NCBI RefSeq assembly: GCF_018977255.1
Contig: NW_024704743.1
Location: 82,648,001 to 82,712,000 of the forward strand
Length of the DNA: 64,000 nucleotides
Source: Callorhinchus milii
Lineage: Eukaryota
Reading direction: 5' to 3'
A program made the position numbers and the translations under genes. This document shows positions 13,201-24,467 of this stretch, in pieces (the first letter of the stretch is position 1; the number at the start of each line of letters is the position of its first letter). Under the pieces are notes generated by a model. It saw only the letters and a list, made by a program, of their open reading frames with translations, was not told the origin of the DNA and searched no databases.

Positions 13201-15676
13201 AATAGTGAAACGGAGGGTACAAAGGATATGCAGAAGGCTGAATCCAGTCGAGTGGAGGCAGTGGGTTGGGGGGTTAGCAAGTCGGAGAGATAAGGAGGTG
13301 CCAGGGCATGAAGGGATTTGAAAATGGGTGTGAGGATCTTGAAATCGATGTGTTCAGCGATAGGGAGCCAGTGGAGCCTGGCTAGAACTGGTGTGATGGG
13401 GCTACGGAGTATAGTGCGGGTGAGTATATGGGTGGCGGAGTTTTGGATCAGCTGGATCCTGTGCATGGTGGAGCTGGGGAGATTGGCAAAGAGGGCATTT
13501 GAGAAATCGAGTCAGGTAGTGACGAACGCATATTCTGTATTCTCAGGGAGGGAGGGGGAGTTAGTGGATCACAGCCAAGTCTGATCCTATCCTCACTCAA
13601 TAAAAACAAATACTTTTCAGCAAGTGTCACTGGATATCGAGCACTGAGCTCCACAGCATTGAGATCAATTTTTCGTATGACTACTATAGATACTATGAAT
13701 ACTATGAATAACTAATATGCCTAGTTGACATCAGTTAACTTAACATAGATAAAGAATCAAACCTGATTTTGATCACACTTGAAACTAATTGGTTTTGAAT
13801 GCCTTTACCAGTATATAAATGCAAGTTGTTGTTGTTGTACTAGGCAGTGATTCTACCAACTGAGACGTGGAAAGGGCCCACAGTTTAAATTTGAAGAGAA
13901 CTGTTTCTTTCAGTCACTTAGGAACAGCAATAAAACATTCAGTGCTTATCTCACTTATTAACAAACAGCAAATATTTCCCAACACATCCATGGACACCAA
14001 TGCGCAGGATAATTAAACAAACCAATTAAACTGGTCTACCCATTGATAGACAGGATAACCCCCATAGACCATTATTTGTGTGTTTGAGAGATGTCAAGTG
14101 CCCATTGCCTCTATTTGTGGTAAATTTGTATACATTTTGTTGCTATTTACTTTTATTACAAATTAATCTCATTATTATTTTCCATTCATGTAAATGGAAA
14201 GTTTTTTTTCTCTCCTGTAGGCACTGAGTCACGGGCATAAACTCAGGATTGTCACTTGAAAACTTAAGGGGAAGGTTAGAGAATAACAATAGTTTGGATG
14301 TGATGTTAAACCAAGATCCCATTTGCCTGTTCAGGTGAATGTTAAAGATCCCATGACACTGTTCGAAACGAGAAGGGAGTTTCTGCCAGTGATCTAGCTA
14401 ACAAATCCCCCAAATCAAATTGGTCATTGACTCCGTGGCTGTTTGTGAGACACTGCTGTCTGCAACTGGCTGCCCCATTTTTCCCGCAAAATACATTCCA
14501 TTTTACAGTATATCCTGTGAAGTACTTTGAAACTTCTCAAATGACACGATAAGGCGCTATACCAAATGCAAGGATTATTATTAGAACATAGAATGATTTG
14601 CTTCAAAAGAGCCTGAGACCACAGCAACATAAGTAAGGGAACTTGATGGTCTGTATGGCTTCATGAATATGCTATGATTTGCTGACAGGGAGGAGTAGGG
14701 TCATTGACTTTAACTTAATCTTCCACTGACAGCCAATGTTTACTCAGACTATCTTCAGCAAATCCTGGGTTAACAATGGGGTAAACTGCAAATTTGACTG
14801 TAACAGTAAACACTGGCTATCACCAAGTGGAAGATTGAATTAAAGACAGTGGCCCCTCTTCCCTGATATCGAATCACAGACAAATTCATGACCCTGATAT
14901 TAGTGCTCTGATTGAACAAAATAAGTTTTCAAAATATTTCCCGTCACATAAATTTCACAGAGTGGATTGTTTGCGTGGATGGATTGCTGCTGTGGGCAAT
15001 TGGCTGCTTCTTTTCGCCCACCAAGTATAAGGTCAAATTCACTTTACATTACATTATGCAAAGCACTTTGAGACGTCTCAACAACTCTCGCCTTCAAACC
15101 TCTTCATGCCCTGTCCTATATCTCCGATCTGTTTACACCCCACTCCTCTACCCACCACCTTCGCTCAGCTAGCACAGGTTCCTTGTCCCCTACGCTTCAC
15201 AGTTGTGACTGAATTTCTGGAACTCCTGCCTCAATCCCTTCAGCTTGTTCCCTCCTCCCCTCCTTCGAATCACGCCTGAAGACTTTCCTCTTCGACCATG
15301 CCTCGGTAACCCCACACCTCCTTTCCAGCTGGTCATTAAAAAAAACACTGAAGTTAAGCATTCTGAGACACTACCTGCCTGAAGGACACTAAATAAATAA
15401 GTTGTTGTTGTACCTAAATCCTGCTGCACCACTATTGGAGCTTTGAGCCCAATGTTTGATTCCAATGAAGATTAAAAAGTTCAAAGAATGGATTTCCAAA
15501 TCTATTCAACCTACCCAAGGAATGAGCCACAATTATTTTAACCTTAAATATGTTGACAAATTACAGCTGCTTTCAGTAATTTGGCGACTATCACTGTTGG
15601 GAGTATTTAACAGCTTATATTGATCAGTCTACAAATCAAATGTATTTTGCCTAGGACTTACGTGAGTGTTGCCCAT
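1177..15676 (-). CDS. ANXA13: annexin A13, coding exons 1-10 (last exon beyond window start); frameshift in exon 3, possibly pseudogene or assembly error
   Basis: Exons 15662-15676, 10497-10572, 8746-8839, 7936-8106, 5904-5937, 4790-4869, 3568-3636, 3351-3452, 2208-2283, 1177-1289, all GT-AG; N-terminus MGNTH, annexin repeats (KGAGTDE, SGNFEK, RWGTDE, ETSGD); exons align without gaps to recalled human ANXA13 except exon 3 (94 nt, 95 needed); adjacent to FAM91A1 as in mammals. Confidence 0.93.
1846..2038. mobile_element. palindromic MITE-like element nested in a CR1 fragment (~1700-2110)
   Basis: imperfect ~30 bp terminal inverted repeats GGCCTGAAATTCCACCTAGTTTTAGCCTGTAAG / CTCATAGGCTAAGACTCAGGAGACTTGAGGCC plus inner inverted segments. 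Confidence 0.6.
2208..2283 (-). CDS. ANXA13: ANXA13 exon 9
   Basis: 76 nt, [25 protein letters not shown]. Confidence 0.92.
3351..3452 (-). CDS. ANXA13: ANXA13 exon 8
   Basis: 102 nt, [34 protein letters not shown]. Confidence 0.93.
3568..3636 (-). CDS. ANXA13: ANXA13 exon 7
   Basis: 69 nt, [23 protein letters not shown]. Confidence 0.9.
3673..3988 (-). mobile_element. full-length young tRNA-derived DeuSINE (short subfamily)
   Basis: tRNA head with A/B boxes (TAGCTCAGTGG..GAGTTCAATTCC), Deu-like core TGTTTGTGGGACATTGCT..GCAATTGGCTGCCGCG, L2-like tail, (TTA)n; near-identical to 6977-7299 and 63635-63937. Confidence 0.9.
4790..4869 (-). CDS. ANXA13: ANXA13 exon 6
   Basis: 80 nt, [27 protein letters not shown]. 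Confidence 0.92.
5015..5580 (+). mobile_element. degraded older DeuSINE copies (two tandem pieces)
   Basis: tRNA-like head GGTTCAAACCCCAC, Deu core remnants, two GCACTATATCA/GCTATCTCAAATG tails; boundaries approximate. Confidence 0.65.
5904..5937 (-). CDS. ANXA13: ANXA13 exon 5
   Basis: 34 nt, [11 protein letters not shown]. Confidence 0.9.
6977..7299 (-). mobile_element. full-length young DeuSINE
   Basis: near-identical to 3673-3988. Confidence 0.9.
7936..8106 (-). CDS. ANXA13: ANXA13 exon 4
   Basis: 171 nt, [57 protein letters not shown]. Confidence 0.95.
8746..8839 (-). CDS. ANXA13: ANXA13 exon 3 (1-nt deletion frameshift)
   Basis: 94 nt; [23 protein letters not shown] then EKYLALYGK only after adding one base near 8771-8775. 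Confidence 0.9.
9946..10245 (-). mobile_element. DeuSINE copy
   Basis: same head/core/tail as 3673-3988, more diverged. Confidence 0.85.
10497..10572 (-). CDS. ANXA13: ANXA13 exon 2
   Basis: 76 nt, [25 protein letters not shown]. Confidence 0.88.
12971..13530 (-). mobile_element. L2 LINE 3' fragment
   Basis: translation [39 protein letters not shown] is typical L2 ORF2 C-terminus; tail GCGCTATATAAATGCAAGTTGTTG. Confidence 0.85.
14300..14582 (+). mobile_element. older DeuSINE body and tail
   Basis: GCCTGTTCAGGTGAATGTTAAAGATCCCATG..GCTGTTTGTGAGAC..GGCGCTATACCAAATGCAAGG. Confidence 0.75.
15662..15676 (-). CDS. ANXA13: ANXA13 first coding exon (MGNTH)
   Basis: ATG GGC AAC ACT CAC|GTAAGT; 15-nt first coding exon like mammalian MGNRH; Gly2 myristoylation site. 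Confidence 0.85.
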
Positions 15677-15735
15677 CTTGTCCAGTGACTAGTATCCTTT
15701 CCTGAAGCTCTGACAAGTAATTGTGGTGGGATTTT

Positions 15736-15854
15736 TTTTATACACTGAGATTTAAAACCGATGCAAACCGTTGCTGGGCGTGACTTTATTGCAATGGAAA
15801 CGGGTGATAAAAGGTTCAATAGCAATATCTAACACAACAATGTAACATATTAAC
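15736..15854 (-). promoter_or_regulatory. putative ANXA13 core promoter
   Basis: TATAAAA (minus) at 15736-15742 about 60 nt upstream of ATG; CDX-like TTTATTG 15785-15791, GATA TGATAA 15805-15810, HNF1-like half site 15842-15854. Confidence 0.55.
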
Positions 15855-17910
15855 TTGACTGCAATTGGTGTGAGTGTACAGAGGGTAGGCATCAGATTAT
15901 TCAGGCAGAATTTTTAAAGCAAAAATAACATTGTTTTACTCATAGGGCGGGGGAAATGCAATCATTACCCTGTACTTCAATTATTATCTCTAATTCAAGA
16001 TCTTTGTCGTCATGTTTAAATCCTCCTGTGGCCTCGTCCCACCCTACCATTATGATCGCTTCTAACTCTACTACCTGATGACTTGCCCACTGATGGCATG
16101 TCAGTTGGGTGGTGTTCATGAGTGTTTCATGAACCCCACCAACCTGACATACCATCAGTGGGCAAGCTTTCAGCAATTCAGCCACTGCTCTCTGGTACTC
16201 CATCCCAGAGTCCATCCACCTTGCCCCACCCCCCCACCGAAAACCTTTAACTGTTTTGCTTTCAATTGTGATTTTGATCACCTTTTCCCTCTACCTTACT
16301 CAGCTTCCCCCAACCCCAGAGTGGACTCCCAGTCAGCTCTGTGAAGTACATCGAGATCTCCTCCCGCAATAAAAGCAATACATAAATGTGTTTGTTGTCT
16401 ACTTGGTTTCAGTGTCGTCATTAAAATAAAACAAAATGTTTAAAGATATAAGAGACAATTAATGTAGAACACTATATAATATGTCCTGTTGACTGCACAC
16501 AGTGCACTGTTATGCTGTTCTCTCTCTGAAATCCTGCAGTCCTACTACCTCACCCTGCCATTCAGGTATGATCCGTGTGCCCTGCCCCTTCACCCCAGCA
16601 TAGCCTCCAGCCACCGTGGCCCCACTCTCTGGAACCCTCTCCCTAAATATCTCCACCTTGCACCATCCCTCTCTGCTTTCAAATCCCTTTTAAAAATCTA
16701 CCTCATTTCCCTCTTCTTCTCTTCCCCATCTTCCACCCTGCGCAAGCTACCACTCTATCTCTGTAAAGATTTTTGAGACTTTTAACTGGGTGAAAGGCGC
16801 TATATAAGTGCAAGTTGTTTTTCTGTTAAGTCTCATCTTACAAAGCAAGTCATATCTATTTGCAAGAATCATAGTATGGCTTCAAGATTGATGATCCTTT
16901 TTACAATATTACCTGACTATTAAAAACAGTGAAACTGAATAACCTCATGCACTGTCAGGCAATTGTATGCAGTTATTCAATCACTGGCTTCAGATAATGA
17001 GCTTTAGTTTCTCAATTAGATTATTGCAATTTACTGATAGCCATTCAGTTTCTTTTAAATATAAGTGGGTGAAAAATGAGACATTCAATGTCATAAACAT
17101 CAGAGTATAATACGTTCCAAAATTAAGTTTAGCTATTGACAAGTTTGGGAGTGACCACCACTGATTTTGGGCCCAATGGTTTGGTCTGAATTCTAATTTC
17201 CAAAAACAAATTGGAATCCCTCTTGGATCCACTTTAACATTCTTAAACCTTGAAAAGAAAATCTCAAAGGGGACCCCATCGAAGCACATAGATTCTAAAT
17301 GAGATCAAAAAAGGAAACCTAGAACAATAGTTCGAGATACATCAAGGCAGGAGGGCAAGGGTTTGGGGTTGCAAAGGGCAATTTCAGCACAGATACCAGG
17401 ATTTATTTCTTTACACAGGGTAGAATTGATGACAGAAATGGGGTACCAGGATAAGTGTTTGAGGCGCAGATGGCAGACTCATTTAAGAAACAACTTAATG
17501 CTGCAATGGGGTGATGATTGGATGATGGGATCTAGAAGAATGAGGCCAAATAGAACAAAGAACATTCGACCAAACCTCTCTTGCTTCAGATGATGAATCC
17601 CAAGTTAGCAAAGTCTGGAAACATTGGACTTGCTTGTTTCTTTTCAAACGTTATCAACTTGTGTGCCGACTTGGCTGGTATTCTTTTGTCTCTGATTCAG
17701 ATGCTGGTATTTTCAAGACCCACGTTGGGACTTTGAACTTACAATCCAGGCTGTGGGAACATTGAGTTGTTGGAGGTGTCATTCTTTAGATGAGACATTA
17801 AATGAAAGGTCGCATCGGCCTGTTCGGATGGATGTTACAAATTCAGTGATATTATTTGAAAAGAAAAGAGAGTTTCTCTGTTTCACCGGATACCTGAGAT
17901 AAGCCAATAT

Positions 17911-18354
17911 CATAAGAACATAAGAACATAAGAATTAGGAGCAGGAGTAGGCCATTCGGCCCTTCATGCCTGCTCTGCCATTCAATAAGATCATGGCTGA
18001 TCTTCTCACCTAACTCTGATTACCTGCCCTATCCCCATATCCCCTAATCCCTCTATTTTTCAAGAATCTATCAGTCTCAGCCTTGAAAATGTTCAAGGAC
18101 TGAGCATCTATAGCCTTCTGGGATAGTGAATTCCATAATTTCACTACCCTCTGAGTGAAGAAATGTTTCCTCAACTCTGTTCTAAGAGGCTGACCCTTAA
18201 TTTTAAGACTGTGACCCCTGGTTATAGATTCTCCTACCAGGGGAAACAGTCCCTCTGTGTCTACTTTATCCAGCCCTTTAAGAATCTTATAAGTTTCAAT
18301 AAGATCCCCCCTAATTCTTCTGTACTCTAGAGAATACAGCCCTAGTTTATTCAG
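17911..18354 (-). mobile_element. CR1 LINE 3' end
   Basis: LNKLGLYSLEYRRIRGDLIETYKILKG..TRGHSLK..FFTQRVVKLWNSL; (TTCTTATG)n tail; same family as 57191-60150. Confidence 0.92.
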
Positions 18355-18378
18355 CATAGAACCATGAAAATCTACAGC

Positions 18379-19167
18379 ACAGAAGAAAGCCATTCAACCT
18401 CTTGTGTTTGTTTGTGCTGACTTTTTGAACATGTAATCCATTCAGTCCCATTTACCTGGGATAAGAGTTTTTTCTCCCAGGGTGCTGGCCAACAATACCC
18501 CTAGATAAAATTGATTATTCACTTCATAGCTATTTGTGGGACATTGCTGTGCACAAAATGACTGCCGCATTTGCCTACAGAAAATACACAGTCACTTCAC
18601 TTTACAGCAAATCCTATGAAGGGCTTTGAGACATCCTCCTGATGTGTAAGGAACTATATCAAATGCAATGTTTATTATTTTCCCCAAATCCCTGTATATC
18701 ACTCCTTTTAGGTATCTATCTAATTCCCCCTCGAAAGCTAATATTGATTCTGCCTCAATCATTGTCCCCAGCAGGGCTTTCTACATCCTAACAACTCTGT
18801 CTAAAAAAATCCTCCCAATCTCCTCCTTTGAAAATTATCTCAATTTATTTTGATTTTTTCTTAATTATTTGGATTTCAAGAACCTCACAATGGTGTAAAA
18901 CTCACTTAATTTCCTAGCAGCTCCCTACCTCTATGACCTGCTTACATCTCACTCCACTACCCTGTTGTTTCTCAACAGATTTAATGTCACAATTATCACA
19001 CATAATCTGGTTTGAAACATCACATTTTTCGCTCTTTATTTCAATAGTATTTAAACAGAAGAAAGCCATTCAACCCCTTGTGTTTTTTTGTGCTGACTTT
19101 TTGAAAGACTAATCAATTCAGTCCCATTTGCCTGGGATAAGAGGTTTTTCTCCCAGGGTGCTGGCCA
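18379..19167 (+). repeat. 113-bp local direct duplication (18379-18491 and 19055-19167)
   Basis: ACAGAAGAAAGCCATTCAAC...CTCCCAGGGTGCTGGCCA present twice. Confidence 0.85.
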
Positions 19168-22100
19168 GGGAATTAAAGAGCTCATTAACTATGTAAGTGC
19201 ACATTGAGGTTAGGGTGAACCTCTTTTTCTATATTTCTTTTTATTTTATATGCTCGTAGCATAGAGCCCAGTGATGGAGCAGAGCCAGAAACTCCTTGAT
19301 GGCCTGGATGCTTTGCGTAATGTGCAGTAACACCCTGTGTCTTCTCCTCAGAGAAACAATGCTGTCACTCTGGTGTAATATTTGCGTAATGTGTACTTCA
19401 CTTCCTCTTTGGAGGCTTCTCGGGGACAGATTGCTGAAATAATAATCAGCGTGCAATTGGGTGTGAGTGTACTTCTGCACTATGCTAAATATATTTTGTT
19501 TTAATGAGGGCAAATATTTTTATTGCAAGCAATTTTAAACAGCACCACTCCTTCCAGTTGATAGACTTAACCATTAGACTCTCATAACAGGATAATATTC
19601 TACTAGGGTCAAGGGAGTTGCCAAAGGCATGCATGCAACACCCACTTTATCTGTGAGCCATAGAAAACTAGCAAGGAACAATTCATTATCTGCATATTTG
19701 TCATACATATAAAAGGACGGGGAATTCCTAGGTTTACTGGTACTGCTTTTTTCAATTAAGAGTTCTCATTCTAATGTTAGACAGTCCAGGTAGTTCAATT
19801 TGCCGACCACGAAACTTGGAACTAATAGGTTCTGTGCTTGAAGCTGATGCATGACCTCAGCCCTTTACACTTTGAGGTTGATAAAATGAGCACCACTTCC
19901 AAAATGCTTCTCCCATGGAAGGGTGGGGTTACCATGGGAATGAGTTGAAATAGAGGAGATTTACCAAAGTCAGGCACCTCTGACATCTCTGCTGCTTTAA
20001 AGACCAGCTTGTGAGGTGAAAAAATTACGGGATTCGCTTGTTTTTTGACATTTGATTGGTTGGTTTTGCTAGCGTTTCATCCACAAATACAATCAATCCA
20101 CTTTACCATATTCAAATCTTGTGAAGCGAGTGACCAAACCACCAAGGCTCAAACTTGAGTACTGGAGGCCAACCAACTCCGTGAAACCGCACCCCAGCAA
20201 TTGGGCAATCCAGGGCAGTATACACCAGCAAGTGGACAATTGAGGGCAGAACACCCCAGCAAGTAGACAAGTGGAGCTGGTTCGGGAAGCGGAGAGCCAT
20301 ATTCTAATGGGAAGAAAATTAGAAAAATAATTGGACATAAACTTAGACATTAAAAAAGGTCATTCATTTCATAACTATTTGTGCGACAATGACTATGCAA
20401 ATTGCTGCCGCATTCAACTATCAATACAGGCATCCCATCTGTGAAGCACTTTGAGGCATTTTCACATAAGGTACTATATCAAATGCAGTTATTATTGTGT
20501 GACACTCACTACCCAGTTCACACATGAAGAATTGCCACTAAGGTGAGGTGCTGGAGAGCTATCATTTACTGTGGTCATGTATCCAAGTCTGAGTCACCTC
20601 TTTTAAACAGGAGACAAGAGGCCAGGGAAAGGGATCATAATCATGTTTGTTTCTATTTACTGGTTGTTTATCAGTTTAATTTGATATGACTAAGATGCAA
20701 ATAGATTGATTCCATTGTGGCTAAGATCATTTTCCATAGTCATATGCAGTGACTATTCAAGGTATTAAACTCAATTTAATTTGAAAAAAAATGGTATAAT
20801 ACGCTATTGACAAGTAATGGAAAGATTGATACTTTTAACAATTAGTATATAAGTTTCGATAGCTGAGTTTTTCTGATGATTGATTTCCTCAAATGCAGTG
20901 GCACATATTTATCTTTACATGTTCATTACCTTACTACTCCTGTATGATAAATTGGGTCTTGCCTTGGCAATTATAGGAAAGAGCAGTTGTTTTGAATGTG
21001 AAAGCAAGTGTGCTTTGATGGTCATTTGCAAGAGAGAAAGAACATCTGGCACCCAGGGTCCCTGCTGAAGTGCTCTGTTTATTTGAGGTAGTTGTAAGGG
21101 GGTTAAAATAGCTGTATTCAAAGACAGATAAGTGTGTGTGTGGTGGTGGGGGGGGGGGGGGGGGGGGGGGGGGCGCCAGGGGCGGTGGGGGCACGGCAGA
21201 AGGGAAGGAGAGTGTGTGTACCAGACGTTAGAGGGAGGTGTAACAGAAGGCTCAACCATCAATGATAGTGTGAAGTGGGGGGTAAGCATTACAGAAACAA
21301 ATTAGCTCAGTGGAGGGATGAGCAGAGGAATTGGAGAAGGAGTAGATCAACAACAACTTGCATTTATATAGCGCCCTTCACGCTGGAAGGGGTGAAAGGG
21401 AAGAGGACTGGGTGTTTGGCGTACGCCTAAATTGATGGACATGCTGAGGGAAGGCCACATGCATGAAAGAAACAAGATCAGAAGAACAACTTAACTTGTC
21501 GATGAAGGCCTTCAAGGTCAGAAGTCCAGTTAGCTACAAAGATTTCAATAATGCGTCCATTGTTCAAGGATCATTAAAGTTTGCTGTAACTAAGGATGAA
21601 ATTGATTTGTGGCATTGTTGATAGAGGTTAACCAGAAACTGAATCAAAGGATCCTTCTTGTGTAGGGGGGGCAAAAGGATGGAGGAGTGACTTTGATTTA
21701 TGTGATGAGTGTAATTTAAAAAAAGTTATATTTTCTGAAAAAATTTGGCTTCTTGGAAAGTTATTTAAGGTTATATGTATGTGATTTCAATGCTATCAGA
21801 CAAAGTAAATGTTTATGTGCATGTTAATGAATGATTGTGACTTTGATATCTATACTTGGGTGTCCTATTATTGATACATGGTACAGTATTTAAGGAAGTG
21901 TAAAAAAAACTTGAGTACTGTGATTCTCAACTAAGTTACATCTGTTACCTTTTCAAGGATCATTTCAAGACCCTTGATCTTCGACTGCACCTTCAGTCAC
22001 CTTCCAACCCCCCCCCCCCCACCCTCTCCCTGCCCTCCATCCCAAAGGCCAAATCGGGTCCAGATCCTTGACTGTCCAGCGCCTTGAGACATCTTCCCGA

Positions 22101-23464
22101 CGTGAAAGGCGGTATACAAATGTAATTTGATGACGTTGTTGACTTTCTTAATTAAATAAATTAAATTCCTAAGATTATTATTCTTATTAATTAATAGATT
22201 AGATTACTAAAATTATTAATCTTATTAATTAATAGATTATGTATTCATAGATAATGTTATCTATTAGTTTTATTTTAACAGATAGAAAGATTATTTTGTA
22301 TCTTTCAAAATAAAATATACATTTACTAATGGAGAATCATTGAATCATTTAAATACAGATAATAAAAAAAACAATTCTTGCATTTGATATAGTGCCTTAT
22401 CATGTCGTCAAGATGTCTCAAAGCCCTTCACAGGATTTACTATAAAGTGGAATGACTTTGTATTTTGTGGGCGATATGCTCGGACACTAGGAGAAACTTC
22501 CTTTCTCTTTTTGAATAGTGCCATGGGATCTCAAAGCACTTCACAGAATTTACTGTGAAGTATATTGTAAGTGAATGCAAAACCAATTCTGTGAATAGCA
22601 ATGTCCCACAAACAGCCATAAAGTGAATGACCAATTAATTTATCTGAGGATTTTAGAGCTTCAGATATTTCCCTTACATGGTGCTGCCTTAACAAAAGTT
22701 CAAGCTGATCCTGAAACAAATTTTCACAAACAATAAAATTATGATGAGTTTTATCTCCCACATATAAGAAAATCCAATGAAATGCCAGAGATTACACTTG
22801 TGCATTCAATTGTAGGCTTTGTTTAACTTTAATTTGATGACTGCCCATTGTGGCCTTAATAAAAAAAGGAATAAGTTTGTTTGATCTGAGGAAGCTGACA
22901 ACCGCAATGTGTTTGTAATGTGTGGCTGCCTTCTATGAAATAGAGAACAAAAGAGCAAAGTACAAGAGCTGGTTTCAGCTCCCAATGCAGACTGAAACTA
23001 ATAAATGTTTCTCAGATTGATAAATAAAACTGTTTTCTGCTTTTGTTCTGTAGTTAATTGATACCATGAACTCTTCCAAGAGTTGATCTATAAAATGAAA
23101 CACCACTGCAAGCAGTTTGTAAAACAGTGTCTGTACACTTAACCTATTTTATGAGCTCTCAATGCATGATGAAATGTTTGTGTCGCTGACCTATATACTG
23201 TAATTAGATTCACAAGATCACCAGAGGTTCAGATGCTCATTTGTTCTCATCCTTCCAGAATATGAAATGTACCACCTTCCCAGCTGCATTGAGCTCTTTA
23301 CCCAGCGTCCTTGCCTCCACCACCTTTCCTGGTAACTTGTCCCAATCATTACTTATCTTCTGTGTAACAAAATACTTTCCTGTGGTCTTGTCCCCAAATT
23401 GCCCTTCACAACCCTGAACTTCTACTCTATTTATTCCCCAGAGGATCAAATGCAAGATCCTCAG

Positions 23465-23720
23465 CCTCTCAGCCCCGAGGCTCTGGAACTCCATTCCCCA
23501 GTGCCTTCGCCTTGCTTCCCCCTTTTTCCTCCTTCAAGGCCGGTCTCAAGACCTTTCTCTTCGACCGTGCCTTCAGCTCCCCTCTCGACTCTCTACCCCC
23601 TCCTCGCTCCCTCCCTTCCCTCCCCTCACCCTGACCATTTCCCCCACTGCTCGGGTCCCGACCCAACTGTCCAGCACCTTGGGACGTCCTCCCAACGTGA
23701 TGCAATCTTGTTCTTGTTGT
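23465..23720 (+). mobile_element. young L2 3' end (near-identical to 45163-45373)
   Basis: CTCTGGAACTCCATTCC..CCTTCAAGGCCGGTCTCAAGACC..CTTGGGACGTCCTCCC..ATCTTGTTCTTGTT. Confidence 0.8.
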
Positions 23721-23799
23721 ATTTGTCCTGTTGCTTGGCTTTCATGATACTGTATGCAATCCATATCCGGGGTAATAATCCCTCAATCCACAAGATCCA

Positions 23800-24105
23800 G
23801 TTTGAAACTTTAGGCAAGTCTCCTTACTGCACACACCGCTGTTTACCGAGCAGTAAGTAGGAACCCAGTTGTTAGTTATTGGCGGATCGCTTTCCCGGGG
23901 TAATAATAATCCCTTCCAAAATAAAATAATACGTTGGTCACTCAATCCACGACTGTTTGTGGGGACACGGCCGTGCACAGTTGGCTGCCGCGTTTCGCCC
24001 ACCAAATACACAGTCACTACACTTTGCAGTATAATTGTGTGAAGCGGTTTGAGACGTCTCGGAGCCGCGATCGGGCGCGATATCAAATGCAAGGATTATG
24101 GTTAT
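23800..24105 (+). mobile_element. DeuSINE (long subfamily), 5'-truncated, CpG-rich
   Basis: colinear with 61669-62040 from GAAAC.TTAGGCAAG to ATATCAAATGCAAGG. Confidence 0.85.
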
Positions 24106-24209
24106 TGTGGAATGTCAGCGCAGGTCGCTGGGGGACGACCATCTAAATGACACAGTTTATCATAAACTATCACATATCTCCTTTGTAATGAACCATTTAC
24201 AGGTTGTCC

Positions 24210-24395
24210 CATTGGATCAGGGAAGCCCCGCCCCCAACCCCTCCCCCATTGGTGCTGAGGTAAGCGGGTGACGCAATGACGTTGCGTGTTGCGCGTCGAC
24301 GCCGCGCGGACGTCCAATGACGCCGAGTCACGTGATGTCGGCGGGGGTCATGTGACGCCGCGGGGTGACGCGCCGCCGCTCTCACAGCCGCTGCC
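24210..24395 (+). promoter_or_regulatory. FAM91A1 CpG-island promoter / 5' UTR
   Basis: dense CpG; CCAAT boxes (24211, 24248, 24314), GC box ~24226, five TGACG, GTCACGTGAT 24327-24336, GTCATGTGAC 24347-24356, Kozak GCCATG. Confidence 0.8.
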
Positions 24396-24467
24396 ATGAA
24401 CATTGACGTGGAGTTTCACATCCGACAGAATTATCCCTGGTCTAAACTGCCGGGCAGCGTGAGGCAG
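24396..24467 (+). CDS. FAM91A1: FAM91A1 exon 1
   Basis: [30 protein letters not shown]. Confidence 0.97.

Noticed and set aside
10573..15661. ANXA13b cassette exon in intron 1
   Set aside because: No convincing exon recognised by eye; absence not proven
22140..22330. Extremely AT-rich tract with a short duplication
   Set aside because: Low-complexity sequence, no supportable function
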